DNA of 64,000 bases from positions 2,720,001 through 2,784,000 of the forward strand of contig CAVTCS010000003.1 of NCBI GenBank assembly GCA_963733295.1, in the 5' to 3' direction. Below the pieces are notes generated by a model. That model searched no databases, had not been told where the DNA came from, and saw nothing but the letters and a program-made list of their open reading frames with translations. Positions 29,555 to 38,855 of this stretch are shown here, one piece after another (the first letter of the stretch is position 1; each line of letters starts with the position of its first letter). Source of the stretch: Vulcanimicrobiota bacterium (GTDB lineage Bacteria > Vulcanimicrobiota > Vulcanimicrobiia > Vulcanimicrobiales > Vulcanimicrobiaceae). A program made the translations under genes and the position numbers.

Positions 29555-31027
29555 ATGACGAAACCGGGAGGCGAGTCCACCCCGCCCCAGAAGGACGACG
29601 CCTCCATGCCCCCTCGCGCGTTCCGCGCTCTGACCGCCGCGTTCGTCGTCGCGCTCGCTTCGCTCGGCGGAGCTTTGTATTTGGCCCACGAGCGCGCCGG
29701 ACAGAACGCCGAGATCGTCGTCGAGCCGGGACCCGGCGTGGCGACGCTCGACGACCTGCACCAGCTGCTCATGAATCCGCATGCCGCCGACCAGCGCATG
29801 CTCGACAACGCGTTTCGCCAAGTCGAAAAGGCCTTCTATAAACCGGTCAACGCGCAGACGCTCCTAACCGGCGAACAGCGCGAGCTCGTGACCTACTTAC
29901 GGCACCATCGCGTGGCCGATCCGGCGATACCGTTCAGTTTTGCGAACGGCGACGAAGCGCACGACGTGCAGTTGCTCAATCGCGACCTGCAGCTCGCGCA
30001 GTCGCAATACGGAAAGGTGACCTCCGATACGGAGCTTACCCAGGCCGCGATTCGGGGCATGCTCAACTCGCTGGGGGATCCGTACACGACCTACCTTTCG
30101 TCGAGCGAGATCAACAGTTTGGAGGAGTCGCTCAAGGGCGGCGACTTCGGCGGAATCGGCGTCTACATCGAGCAGGATCCACGAACCAAAGCGATCGTCG
30201 TGGCGCCGATCGAAGACACGCCGGCCTATCGCGCGGGCGTCAAAGTCGGCGACGAAATCCTGGCGGTCGACGGAAAGCCCGTGGCCGGGCTAAAGCTCGA
30301 TGAAGTCGAGCACCTCATTCGCGGCCGGACCGGAACGGTCGTACGGCTGCAGGTCCGCTCGCACGGCGGCAGCGGCAACGCTAGCCACACCGTCGCGATC
30401 GTTCGCGACCACATCGTCGTGCCATCGGTTCACGCCAAGATGGAAAACGGCTACGAATACATTCGCTTGGCGGACTTCGGCCAGACCTCGTACGACGAAG
30501 TGCGCAAGGCCTTGCTTGCCGGCAAGAACGCGGGAGCCAAGGGCTACATCCTCGACTTACGCGACAACGGCGGCGGCCTGCTCGAAGCGGCCGTTCAAAT
30601 TTCGAGCCTTTTCATCCCGCACGGGACGATCGTCTCGACCATCGACCGCTGGGGCGGCCGCGAAACGAAGACCGCCGAAGACGATTCCATCGGCGCGGCG
30701 CCGCTCGTGGTCCTGGTTAACAAGTACACGGCGAGCGCCTCGGAAATCACCGCCGGCGCGATTCAGGACTACCGAGTGGGTACGTTGATCGGAACCAAGA
30801 CCTATGGTAAGGGTGTCGTGCAAAGTATCTACAACCTGAGCGACGGCGGCGCGTTAAAGATCACGACCGCACGGTACGTGACGCCGCTCGGACGCGACAT
30901 CCACCACAAGGGCATCCAGCCCGACATCTTCGTCGATCAGTCCGTCGACGCCCCGATCATCGACACTCCCAAAGACACTCAACTCGCGGCCGCTAAGGCA
31001 TATCTGCGCCGCAACGCTTACAGGTAA
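29555..31027 (+). CDS. S41 C-terminal processing protease (CtpA/CtpB family) with PDZ
   Basis: DPYTTY, GGIGV PDZ, LDLRDNGGG, TASASE, GKG. Start could be 29555 or 29606. Confidence 0.92.
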   Translation: MTKPGGESTPPQKDDASMPPRAFRALTAAFVVALASLGGALYLAHERAGQNAEIVVEPGPGVATLDDLHQLLMNPHAADQRMLDNAFRQVEKAFYKPVNAQTLLTGEQRELVTYLRHHRVADPAIPFSFANGDEAHDVQLLNRDLQLAQSQYGKVTSDTELTQAAIRGMLNSLGDPYTTYLSSSEINSLEESLKGGDFGGIGVYIEQDPRTKAIVVAPIEDTPAYRAGVKVGDEILAVDGKPVAGLKLDEVEHLIRGRTGTVVRLQVRSHGGSGNASHTVAIVRDHIVVPSVHAKMENGYEYIRLADFGQTSYDEVRKALLAGKNAGAKGYILDLRDNGGGLLEAAVQISSLFIPHGTIVSTIDRWGGRETKTAEDDSIGAAPLVVLVNKYTASASEITAGAIQDYRVGTLIGTKTYGKGVVQSIYNLSDGGALKITTARYVTPLGRDIHHKGIQPDIFVDQSVDAPIIDTPKDTQLAAAKAYLRRNAYR

Positions 31028-31036
31028 GAAGGAAGT

Positions 31037-32377
31037 ATGAAGCGCGTTCTCCCGGTCATTGCTGCGTTCGCCCTGACAGCGATGACGCTGCACGTTTCCT
31101 CGGCGACGGCGGCACCGGGGCTATCGACCCTCGAGAGCGACGAGCTCGAAATGAGCTACTCGCTCGTCACCTCGGAGTTCTACAAGAAGGTCGAAGCGCA
31201 AACGCTGCTCAACGGCGCACGCGACGAGATGATCGCGTATCTCAAGAAGAACGGCGTCCCCTCGCCGAACGTGCCGCAACTTCGAGCGGTCGACGATCCG
31301 ACCCTCAACGCACGCGCCCTCGAACGCGAGGTCTCGAGCGTGGTCAGCGCTTACGGAGCGAAATTGGGAAGCCGCGCGCTGACGTATGAAGCGATCACCG
31401 GCCTGCTGGCTTCCGTCAAAGATAAGTACACGACGTTCTTGTCGCCCAAGGAATATGCGGCGCTGAACGAAGGCCTCGACGGCGGAAACTTCAGCGGCGT
31501 CGGAATCGCGATTCAGGTCGACGATCAGAGCAAGCTGCTGCGCGTCAACGACGTGATCGAGGGCGGACCGGCCGAAAAGGCAGGCCTTCAACCCGGCGAT
31601 GTGATCAGCGAAATCGACGGAAAATCGACCAAGGGTCTCACGACCGACGACGACGCCAAGATGCTGCGCGGCAAAGAAGGCACGCAGGTCAAACTGCAGA
31701 TCCTGCGCGGCGGCAACCCGATCCCGGCGGTCGACGTGACGCGCGCCGTGATTCACCAGCCCTCGGTTTACTCGCGCATGCTCGACAACGGCATCGGCTA
31801 CGCGCGGCTGACCGTCTTCGGCTCGAACACCGCGCAAGAGCTGACGGCGGCCCTCAATAAGCTCGAGGCTCAGGGTGCCAAGGCCTACATTCTCGACCTC
31901 CGCGACAACGGCGGCGGCTACCTGAACGCGGCGATCGACGTCAGCTCCAAGTTCATTCCTTCGGGCGCGATCGTTTCGGTCGAAGCCCGCGGCGGCAACG
32001 ATACCGAGTACGATGCCGAGAACACCGCGATCCCGGCTAAGCCGCTCGCCGTGCTCGTCAACCAGTACACGGCTTCGGCCTCGGAGATCACCTCCGGCGC
32101 CATCCAGGACAACGGCGTGGGGGAATTGGTCGGCGAGAAGACCTACGGGAAGGGCGTCGTCCAGACGATCCATCCGCTTCCCGACGGCTCGGCGGTCAAG
32201 ATCACGAGCGCCCGCTACCTGACCCCGCACGGTCGCGACATCAACACGATTGGCATCACACCGGATATCATCACCGCCGAACCGAAGAACGCCCGGCTCG
32301 GTGACCCGTCGACCGACACCCAGCTTCAGTCGGCGATCACCTATCTCCAAGGGAAACTCGCACAGATAGGGACTTGA
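31037..32377 (+). CDS. S41 C-terminal processing protease (second tandem copy)
   Basis: GAAGGA RBS, signal peptide, GVGI PDZ, LDLRDNGGG, TASASE, GKGVVQ. Confidence 0.93.
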   Translation: MKRVLPVIAAFALTAMTLHVSSATAAPGLSTLESDELEMSYSLVTSEFYKKVEAQTLLNGARDEMIAYLKKNGVPSPNVPQLRAVDDPTLNARALEREVSSVVSAYGAKLGSRALTYEAITGLLASVKDKYTTFLSPKEYAALNEGLDGGNFSGVGIAIQVDDQSKLLRVNDVIEGGPAEKAGLQPGDVISEIDGKSTKGLTTDDDAKMLRGKEGTQVKLQILRGGNPIPAVDVTRAVIHQPSVYSRMLDNGIGYARLTVFGSNTAQELTAALNKLEAQGAKAYILDLRDNGGGYLNAAIDVSSKFIPSGAIVSVEARGGNDTEYDAENTAIPAKPLAVLVNQYTASASEITSGAIQDNGVGELVGEKTYGKGVVQTIHPLPDGSAVKITSARYLTPHGRDINTIGITPDIITAEPKNARLGDPSTDTQLQSAITYLQGKLAQIGT

Positions 32378-32390
32378 GTACGCGCGCGGA

Positions 32391-33434
32391 GTGAAACGCA
32401 GCAGACCCAGGCTTCCTACGGCGCAACTCCTCGGTTGCGCCGTAGCATTTCTCGGCTTGGCCGCCGGCCCGGCTTTGCCGTCGGCTGCGGCCGATCCGCG
32501 TGACGCCGTCGCCGCCTGCGTGCGCAACGCGCCGCAGCGCCCGGACCAGGGGGCCGTTGAAAGTTGCATGCGGGCGAGCGGTTACGACCCGGTCGCCCCG
32601 GGCGGGCCCCAGGCGCTGCAGTGCATCCTCGAGCGCTACCCCGGCGGCTATCTCGCCGGGTGTCTCGGCGATTTAACTCCGGCCACGGCCGCGCCGGCCC
32701 AGGCGGCTGCTGCCGTCGCCACCGACGCGCAAGCGGCTCAGGCGGCCGCGCAAGGACCCTCCCAAACGGTCGCTCAGGCGCCCGGTCAGGGTCCCACGGA
32801 GAACCCGCCGAACGGCGCATTTTCGACGAACCCGCCGACCGCCGCGCCGACCGACTCGCCCAGACCTACCGAGGCGCCCGCCCCAGTCGCCACGCAAGCC
32901 CCGGCGGCCGAGACGTACGCGGCGCCGGCCGGCGAACTGCCGTGGTGGCCGCTTGCGGTTGCGTTTCTTCTGGGCGCCCTGATGGCCGCGGCGATCACCT
33001 ACTTTGCGCTCCGGACCGATCGAGAGCGCCCCACCGAAGAGGGCGCCCTCAATCTCGAGGGCGACGGAACCCTCCCGCTGGGCGTGCGGATCGCAACGCC
33101 GAACGATTTCAGCGTCCACGCCTGCGACTCGCCGATCACCCTCTCGGCAAACGTCGTTCCGCCGGAGCGCGCCGCCGATCTCGTTTGGTCGATCGTGAGC
33201 CCTGAGAACCGGACCGTCGCGCAGGGAATCGGCGCGCAGTTTACCTTTACGGCGAGCTTCACCGGCGTCTATCACGTCGTCGCGCGACTCGGCAAAACGG
33301 CCGACGATTTGCTGCTCTTCGTTTACAAGACGCCTTCGGGCGGGACGCGCCTAACCGATCTGCTGCAAGCCGAGCCGCCGCCCTTCCCCCGCGAGCCGAC
33401 GAGTTTCGTTTGGAACCGTTCGCGGACTTTGTAA
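32391..33434 (+). CDS. Hypothetical single-pass membrane protein: signal, 4-Cys domain, Pro/Ala/Thr linker, TM, beta-rich C-terminal domain
   Basis: Architecture read from the translation; TM segment WWPLAVAFLLGALMAAAITYFAL. Confidence 0.65.
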   Translation: MKRSRPRLPTAQLLGCAVAFLGLAAGPALPSAAADPRDAVAACVRNAPQRPDQGAVESCMRASGYDPVAPGGPQALQCILERYPGGYLAGCLGDLTPATAAPAQAAAAVATDAQAAQAAAQGPSQTVAQAPGQGPTENPPNGAFSTNPPTAAPTDSPRPTEAPAPVATQAPAAETYAAPAGELPWWPLAVAFLLGALMAAAITYFALRTDRERPTEEGALNLEGDGTLPLGVRIATPNDFSVHACDSPITLSANVVPPERAADLVWSIVSPENRTVAQGIGAQFTFTASFTGVYHVVARLGKTADDLLLFVYKTPSGGTRLTDLLQAEPPPFPREPTSFVWNRSRTL

Positions 33435-33451
33435 AGTAGGAGATCGTTTCG

Positions 33452-34102
33452 ATGGAGGCTGCCGAACTCACCGAGCTGCTCACGCGCCTGCGCAACTCCG
33501 GCCGTGCCAGCGCGTACGATGCGATCGCGGCGTTCGCCAAGGCGTTGCGCGAGTTGCCGGGCGATTTCGCCGAACAGCTGCAACGCGAAGCCGACGCGCG
33601 CGTCGCGTCCGGCGGCGCGCTCGGACCGCTTCCCAAACGCGATCTGCGCGGGGCCGATGCGCGTGAGGTCGACCGCGATAACGTCGTGCTCGTCCTCGAG
33701 GACGGCACCAACTCGACCTGCAGCGCGACCTTGCACTCAGACTTAGTGCACTTCGCGACGGGCGCCGCAGGGAAGCCGTTCCTGGACAACGTGACGCTCG
33801 AGGATACGATCGTGCTGGACGCGAGCCGCTTCGCCGCGAAGAGCGCGCGCGACCTCGGCGTCGGCGCGACGATCACGATCGTCTCGACCGCCAAGCGCGG
33901 CAACGGAAGCGCCTTCGACGAACGGCACGACGGTACGATCTCGGCCGAATTCAAACTGACGTGGAACGCGCGCGGCGACCGTCTGGGAGCGGCGCCTCTG
34001 CTCGCGGACCAAGCGCCGAAGCCCGTATCCGCACCGGCTGCGGCCCCCGTAGCCGCGCCCGTGCCGCCGGAAGCGCCGCTCGACCCTCCGCCGGCGGCCT
34101 AA
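33452..34102 (+). CDS. Hypothetical protein with Pro/Ala-rich tail
   Basis: AGGAG RBS and coding-like codon usage; 17 bp after the previous gene. Confidence 0.65.
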   Translation: MEAAELTELLTRLRNSGRASAYDAIAAFAKALRELPGDFAEQLQREADARVASGGALGPLPKRDLRGADAREVDRDNVVLVLEDGTNSTCSATLHSDLVHFATGAAGKPFLDNVTLEDTIVLDASRFAAKSARDLGVGATITIVSTAKRGNGSAFDERHDGTISAEFKLTWNARGDRLGAAPLLADQAPKPVSAPAAAPVAAPVPPEAPLDPPPAA

Positions 34103-34148
34103 AGAGCTCCCCGACGCGCGAGAACGGCGTACGCCCCGCGCGCCTCGC

Positions 34149-36935
34149 CTACGTCGTGCTCTTCTTGCGGGTCGACGTCGCTTTCTTACGAGTGCCGGCG
34201 GCCGATTTGCGAGCCGGTGCTTTGCGCCCCTTGGTCGCGCTTTCCGGCGCGGCACCGTCCGCCGTTTCCGAAACCGTCTTGCGAGCGCGGGTTTTCTTGG
34301 GGGCCGGAGCGCCGTCGAGAAGAGGCTCGGCACGCTTTCGGGTCGCACGCTTTTTCGGCTCGGCTTCGCTGGGCGCAGGCAGTGCCGCCACAACGGCGGT
34401 TTCGAGCCGAAGGCTCGGCGCTGCCGCAGTCTTGCGGGGACGGCCGCGCGCGGGCTTGGTCACCTTCGCCGGTTCTTCGGGAAGCGTCAGCGCGGGCGGC
34501 GGGGCATCGACGGCGATCGGGCCGGCCTTGCGTTCGAGACGCGCGATCGCCCGCGATGGTTCGGGCGGCGCGGTCCTGCCGGTTCCTTCGCTGACGCCGT
34601 CGCTACTCGTCCGGAAGACGTAGCGCTCGGGAACGGCTTGCGCGCCGGGCGCCGCAGCGCCGCTCGCATCGAGTCCGGCTCCGCCGCGTCCGCGGCGGCG
34701 CCGGCGCCGGCGGCGGCGACGTGTGCCGTCATCGGCTTGCCCGGGGAGCGGTGTGGGCGAAGCACCTTCGGCCGCCGCTGCATCTTCGTCTTCGAGGTGC
34801 GGCGTCGAGATTTGAGCGGCGAGGCTCGAGACCGGAATGCCGGCGAGCGCAGCGCTCTCACCTCCGGCTCCCGACGCACGGCGCCGCCGCCGGCGCCGGC
34901 GCTTGCGCCGCACTTCGCTCTCGCCGCCGTAGCTCGCGTACGCGCGATGCTCTCCATCGGGTTCGACCGCGGCGTAGTCCGGCACGGGACGTAGCGGCGT
35001 GACCGTCGCGAGCGACGGACTTTGCGTCGCATGCGCCCGCGTCTCGACGTCCTCGGCTTCGGCCTCGGCACTCGTCGAGATGCCGATCGCGGGCCGGCCG
35101 CCGAGGCCCTTGGCGGCCTCTTCGGCCAGCTCGCGCAGCTGTTCTTCCTGCTCGGCCGGCGTGAGTTCTTTCTTGCGGCCGCGCCCGCCCCGGCGGCGGC
35201 GCTTCTTCGTTTCGCTGAGTTGCGCCGCGAGCGGCGTGGTCGGCTCGGCGAGGATCGTGCCGTCTTCGTCATCGATGTCGATCACTTTGATCAGCACCGT
35301 CTGTCCGACGGCGCCCGCCGCGTTTTCGACTTCGACGAGACGGTCGCCGACGATCGCGAGGGCGGAGGTTGGGACCGGCAGACGCGCGTGTATCAGTTCG
35401 ACGGGAACCTCGTCGCCGACGCGCACCGTAAGCGGCGGCATCGTTTTGGCGTCGGGCAGCCCCACGACCTTGGTGCGTTCCGGATGCAGCGAAGCGTCGA
35501 CGCGGACCGCGACCTTGCGTTCGAGCTCGGCTTCGAGCGCCGAGAGCTCGCTTTCGTACCAGTATTCGATCTGGGCGCCGACGGTCGGCGCCGACACGAC
35601 TTCGATCGGGCCGTGCCCTGCCTTACCGTTCTGGTGTTCGTGTCCGACGCGGCGGATCTCACGGAAGGCGTCGATCGCCACGCTCTCGGGCGACATCACG
35701 GTGCCGATTCCGTCGCAGGTCGGACACGAGCCTCTCAGTTGCGAAGCCAGATCTTTGCCCACGCGCTTGCGGGTGAACTCGAGCAACCCGAGCGGCGAGA
35801 ACGACTGAATCGTGGTGCGGGTGCGATCCTTGCGCAGCCCCGCCTGCAGCGTCGCGATGACCTTATTGCGGGCGCCTTCGCTCGACATATCGATGAAGTC
35901 GCACACGATGATCCCGCCGATGTCGCGCAGACGCACCTGACGCGCGATCTCGGCCGCGGCCTCGACGTTCGTCTTGACGATCGTATCTTCCAGGTTACGG
36001 CCGCCGGTGAACTTGCCGCTGTTTACGTCGATGACCGTCAGGGCTTCGGTCATCTCGATGACGATCGATCCGCCCGACGGCAAGTTGACTTTCGGGCGCA
36101 GCAGCTTCTGGACTTCTTCGTCGATCTTGAAGTCGCGGAACAGCTGCCGTCCGTTGTTGTAGTGTTCGATGCGCTCGACGTACTGCGGTCCGAGCAGACG
36201 CATGAAGTCGCGCACCTTTTCGTACTCTTCGCCGTCGTCGATGAGCACGCGCTCGACTTCGGGCGTGATGAAGTCGCGCGCGGCTTTGTAGACGAGATTC
36301 ATGTCCTTGTGGATCAAGGACGGCGCGGGCGCGCGCTTGTAGGTCTCGAGAATGCCGTGCCACATACGGATCAGCACGCCGAGGTCGGCGATCAACTCCG
36401 CTTGACTAACCCCGGCGGCGGCGGTCCGGACGACGGTCGCCATCCCTTCGGGGCGGATCAGTTTCATGATGCCCTTGAGACGATTGCGCTCTTCGGCGCT
36501 CTCGATTTTGCGCGAGACGCCCGAATAGCGGCCCGTCGGCATGAGGATCAGATAGCGTCCGGGCAACGAGATGTTCGTCGAGATGCGCGCGCCTTTGAGC
36601 CCGCGCGGTTCCTTGACGATTTGGACGAGGACGTCTTCGCCGCGCTCGACCTTTTCGGTGATGGTCCAGCCCGAACGTCCTTGAGTGATTTCGACGTCGC
36701 CGATGTTCAGCGGCGTCTTGTTGATGTCGTCGACGTACAAGAAGGCGTTGCGCCCGAGTCCGATGTCGACGAAGCTCGCTCCCATTCCAGGGAGCACGTT
36801 CATTACTTTTCCTTTGAAGATCGATCCGATGACCTTTTCTTCGCGTTCGAAGTAGATCTCGGCTAGTTGACCGTCCTCAAGGATTGCGACCCGGTTCTCC
36901 CAGGGGTCGCTCGAGATGAGGATCTCTGTTGGCAC
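34149..36935 (-). CDS. rne: Ribonuclease E/G family, with TRAM-like domain and long Arg/Lys-rich disordered tail
   Basis: S1 motif VLPGMGASFVDIG, KEPRG.KGAR, IDVNSG, RLRDIGGII..DFIDM, CPTC.G zinc link. Confidence 0.93.
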   Translation of the reverse strand: MPTEILISSDPWENRVAILEDGQLAEIYFEREEKVIGSIFKGKVMNVLPGMGASFVDIGLGRNAFLYVDDINKTPLNIGDVEITQGRSGWTITEKVERGEDVLVQIVKEPRGLKGARISTNISLPGRYLILMPTGRYSGVSRKIESAEERNRLKGIMKLIRPEGMATVVRTAAAGVSQAELIADLGVLIRMWHGILETYKRAPAPSLIHKDMNLVYKAARDFITPEVERVLIDDGEEYEKVRDFMRLLGPQYVERIEHYNNGRQLFRDFKIDEEVQKLLRPKVNLPSGGSIVIEMTEALTVIDVNSGKFTGGRNLEDTIVKTNVEAAAEIARQVRLRDIGGIIVCDFIDMSSEGARNKVIATLQAGLRKDRTRTTIQSFSPLGLLEFTRKRVGKDLASQLRGSCPTCDGIGTVMSPESVAIDAFREIRRVGHEHQNGKAGHGPIEVVSAPTVGAQIEYWYESELSALEAELERKVAVRVDASLHPERTKVVGLPDAKTMPPLTVRVGDEVPVELIHARLPVPTSALAIVGDRLVEVENAAGAVGQTVLIKVIDIDDEDGTILAEPTTPLAAQLSETKKRRRRGGRGRKKELTPAEQEEQLRELAEEAAKGLGGRPAIGISTSAEAEAEDVETRAHATQSPSLATVTPLRPVPDYAAVEPDGEHRAYASYGGESEVRRKRRRRRRRRASGAGGESAALAGIPVSSLAAQISTPHLEDEDAAAAEGASPTPLPGQADDGTRRRRRRRRRRGRGGAGLDASGAAAPGAQAVPERYVFRTSSDGVSEGTGRTAPPEPSRAIARLERKAGPIAVDAPPPALTLPEEPAKVTKPARGRPRKTAAAPSLRLETAVVAALPAPSEAEPKKRATRKRAEPLLDGAPAPKKTRARKTVSETADGAAPESATKGRKAPARKSAAGTRKKATSTRKKSTT

Positions 36936-37320
36936 GTCCTTGCCTTTCGCATGGGGCGGCGCGCCGCAACGTCATCGAAACAACGCCTACGCTCATGTGG
37001 CACAGGCGCAGCTCCCGAGAGGCGGAGCTACCATTGCACTCCGAAAAATTGGACCGCGCGCCGACGCATCAAGGGCGCCAAGGCACGCGAAAATTCGAAA
37101 TCGGATGAACGGGCTGTTCACGCCGGCCGCCTCGAGGTCCTTTCCGGAGGGGTGCCGCCACGAGCAGCCACCTCCAGGATCGCGACGAGGAAGCACTCGC
37201 GCTCGCTCTCGAGACCTTGCAGGCGCTCGGCGGCAGCCTGGCGCCGGGACCAAACCTGCCCGTCCTCGAGCGGACCGTTTCTGTGTTCTCGCGCACTCGC
37301 AGCGGGGAACCCCAGCGCCG

Positions 37321-37419
37321 CGCGGGGTACTCGTCAACTGCGTAACGCCGGCCGTCGCAAAGACCGATGTCTTCAAAAAGATGACGCACACGCATATCGA
37401 CTCCAGGCTTTCGAAGATT
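37321..37419 (+). pseudogene. Possible SDR-oxidoreductase gene fragment, in frame with the downstream lipoprotein start
   Basis: RGVLVNCVTPAVAKTDVFKKMTHTHIDSRLSKI resembles the SDR C-terminal segment GVxVNxVTPAxAxT.....MT..HI..MLSKIP (recalled pattern, not searched). Confidence 0.5.
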
Positions 37420-38850
37420 CTTGCGCTCGTCGCCGCGGCTTTCGCGCTCGCGTCCTGCGGACCGTCGGGCCGAACCTACGGTGACGGCGGACGCGCTTCG
37501 AGCGCGGCGCTTCAGCAACTCTGGTTCGCGGACGGAGGCTGGAAACTGTGTCTCGCGCCCGGCTGCCCGACGGCGAAGTCCGGCTCCGGCGCCGCCGCGC
37601 TGACGTTCGCCGCCTACTTCGGCTGGATGCCGCAGAACGGCGGCGACGCCTCGTTTGCGCCGTTGATGGACAAGCTGGGCGCGAGCATTCCCGTTTTCGC
37701 CGCACCCTGCGTCGACTCGACGTGTCGCGTTCGAAGCGACGTTCCGATGTGGAACGCCGTCGCACTCTTGCGCACGTACGACAAGAACGAAAGCGGCAAC
37801 CCCGGGTTGGAGAAGGCCTCGGCGGTCCTCGATTCCTTCGACCGTTCGAGCGCCTATTTCAAAGGCGCGTGCCCCGAAATTCCCTATCTCGAGCCGTTCG
37901 GCGGGAAGAGCAAGCTCAAGGCGCTCGCAACCGACTCCAACTATGCAAAAGCGGCTCTCTCGGTGGCGCATTACACCGGCAAGGACGTCTACCTCGACCG
38001 CGGCGAGCGTCGCTATCTCGCGGCCCGGAAGTACTACTTCGATCCCAAGGCGGGACTCTATACCGCGTACGTCATCGACGACGGCAAGCATTGCACGCAA
38101 GTTCCGCACCGCTTCCTAGCGAGCGTAAACGGGAACATGATCTACTCCGCCTACGTCCTGTTTGCCAGTCAGCGCGGCACCGTGTATCAGCAACAGGCGA
38201 CCGGCGTGGCCCGGACCGCGGTTGCCAAGCTTTCGGACGCGCGCGGCGTTCTCGCAAACTTGCAAGACGAAGACGATACCGCCGACCCGCTCTTCGAAGC
38301 GATGTTCGTTCTCGCGAACTACTGGAATATGGATTTCGCGCGGGCTTGGATCGCGCGCAACGCGGCGGCTGCCGAAGGCGCGCGGAGAGAAGATGGGAGC
38401 ATCGGACGCTTCTTCGACGGGCCGCCGCCGGACGGCGGCGTGACGGCGTGGCAGACCAGCGGCGGATTTGCCGCGACGCTGGCGGCGCAGGCGCTGCAAC
38501 CCGGCGAAGTTCTGCCGAGTCCCGGTCCCGGTTGGAAGACCGCAAAGTTCGTGCGCCTCAACGCGCAAACGACGCCCCAGACCATCCGCTTCACGGGCAG
38601 CGGAATCGCGCTGCGCGGAACGCTGGGCGATCCCTGCTGTCCGGGCGGAGCGCGCGTTTTCATCGACGGCGTCGAGACCTTCGACCATACCGGGATTCGC
38701 CAGAGCTATTCGCCGGCGGGAAAAATTCCGAACGCGATCCTGTTCGCGTGGCAATGGCCCGCCGCCGGGAAGCACGAGATCAAGCTCGAGGCAGATTCGC
38801 CGGCCGGCGCCGCACAGGCCGTTCACCTGAGCGGTTACGAGGTCAAGTAG
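37381..38850 (+). CDS. Putative lipoprotein: helical six-hairpin glycosidase-like (GH76-like) domain plus C-terminal beta-sandwich
   Basis: Lipobox ALASC after a hydrophobic stretch; DVPMW, NGNMI and FTGSGIAL.GT..ARVFIDG motifs. Fold assignment is tentative. Confidence 0.65.
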   Translation: MTHTHIDSRLSKILALVAAAFALASCGPSGRTYGDGGRASSAALQQLWFADGGWKLCLAPGCPTAKSGSGAAALTFAAYFGWMPQNGGDASFAPLMDKLGASIPVFAAPCVDSTCRVRSDVPMWNAVALLRTYDKNESGNPGLEKASAVLDSFDRSSAYFKGACPEIPYLEPFGGKSKLKALATDSNYAKAALSVAHYTGKDVYLDRGERRYLAARKYYFDPKAGLYTAYVIDDGKHCTQVPHRFLASVNGNMIYSAYVLFASQRGTVYQQQATGVARTAVAKLSDARGVLANLQDEDDTADPLFEAMFVLANYWNMDFARAWIARNAAAAEGARREDGSIGRFFDGPPPDGGVTAWQTSGGFAATLAAQALQPGEVLPSPGPGWKTAKFVRLNAQTTPQTIRFTGSGIALRGTLGDPCCPGGARVFIDGVETFDHTGIRQSYSPAGKIPNAILFAWQWPAAGKHEIKLEADSPAGAAQAVHLSGYEVK

Positions 38851-38855
38851 GCGCG

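Noticed and set aside
37106..37120. TGAAC-GGGCT-GTTCA as a third SOS box
   Set aside because: The spacer is 5 nt rather than 4 and the flanks differ from the two strong boxes.
36916..37380. N-terminal 155 aa of the 644-aa ORF
   Set aside because: Overlaps the rne start and upstream region; the lipoprotein signal places the real start near 37381.
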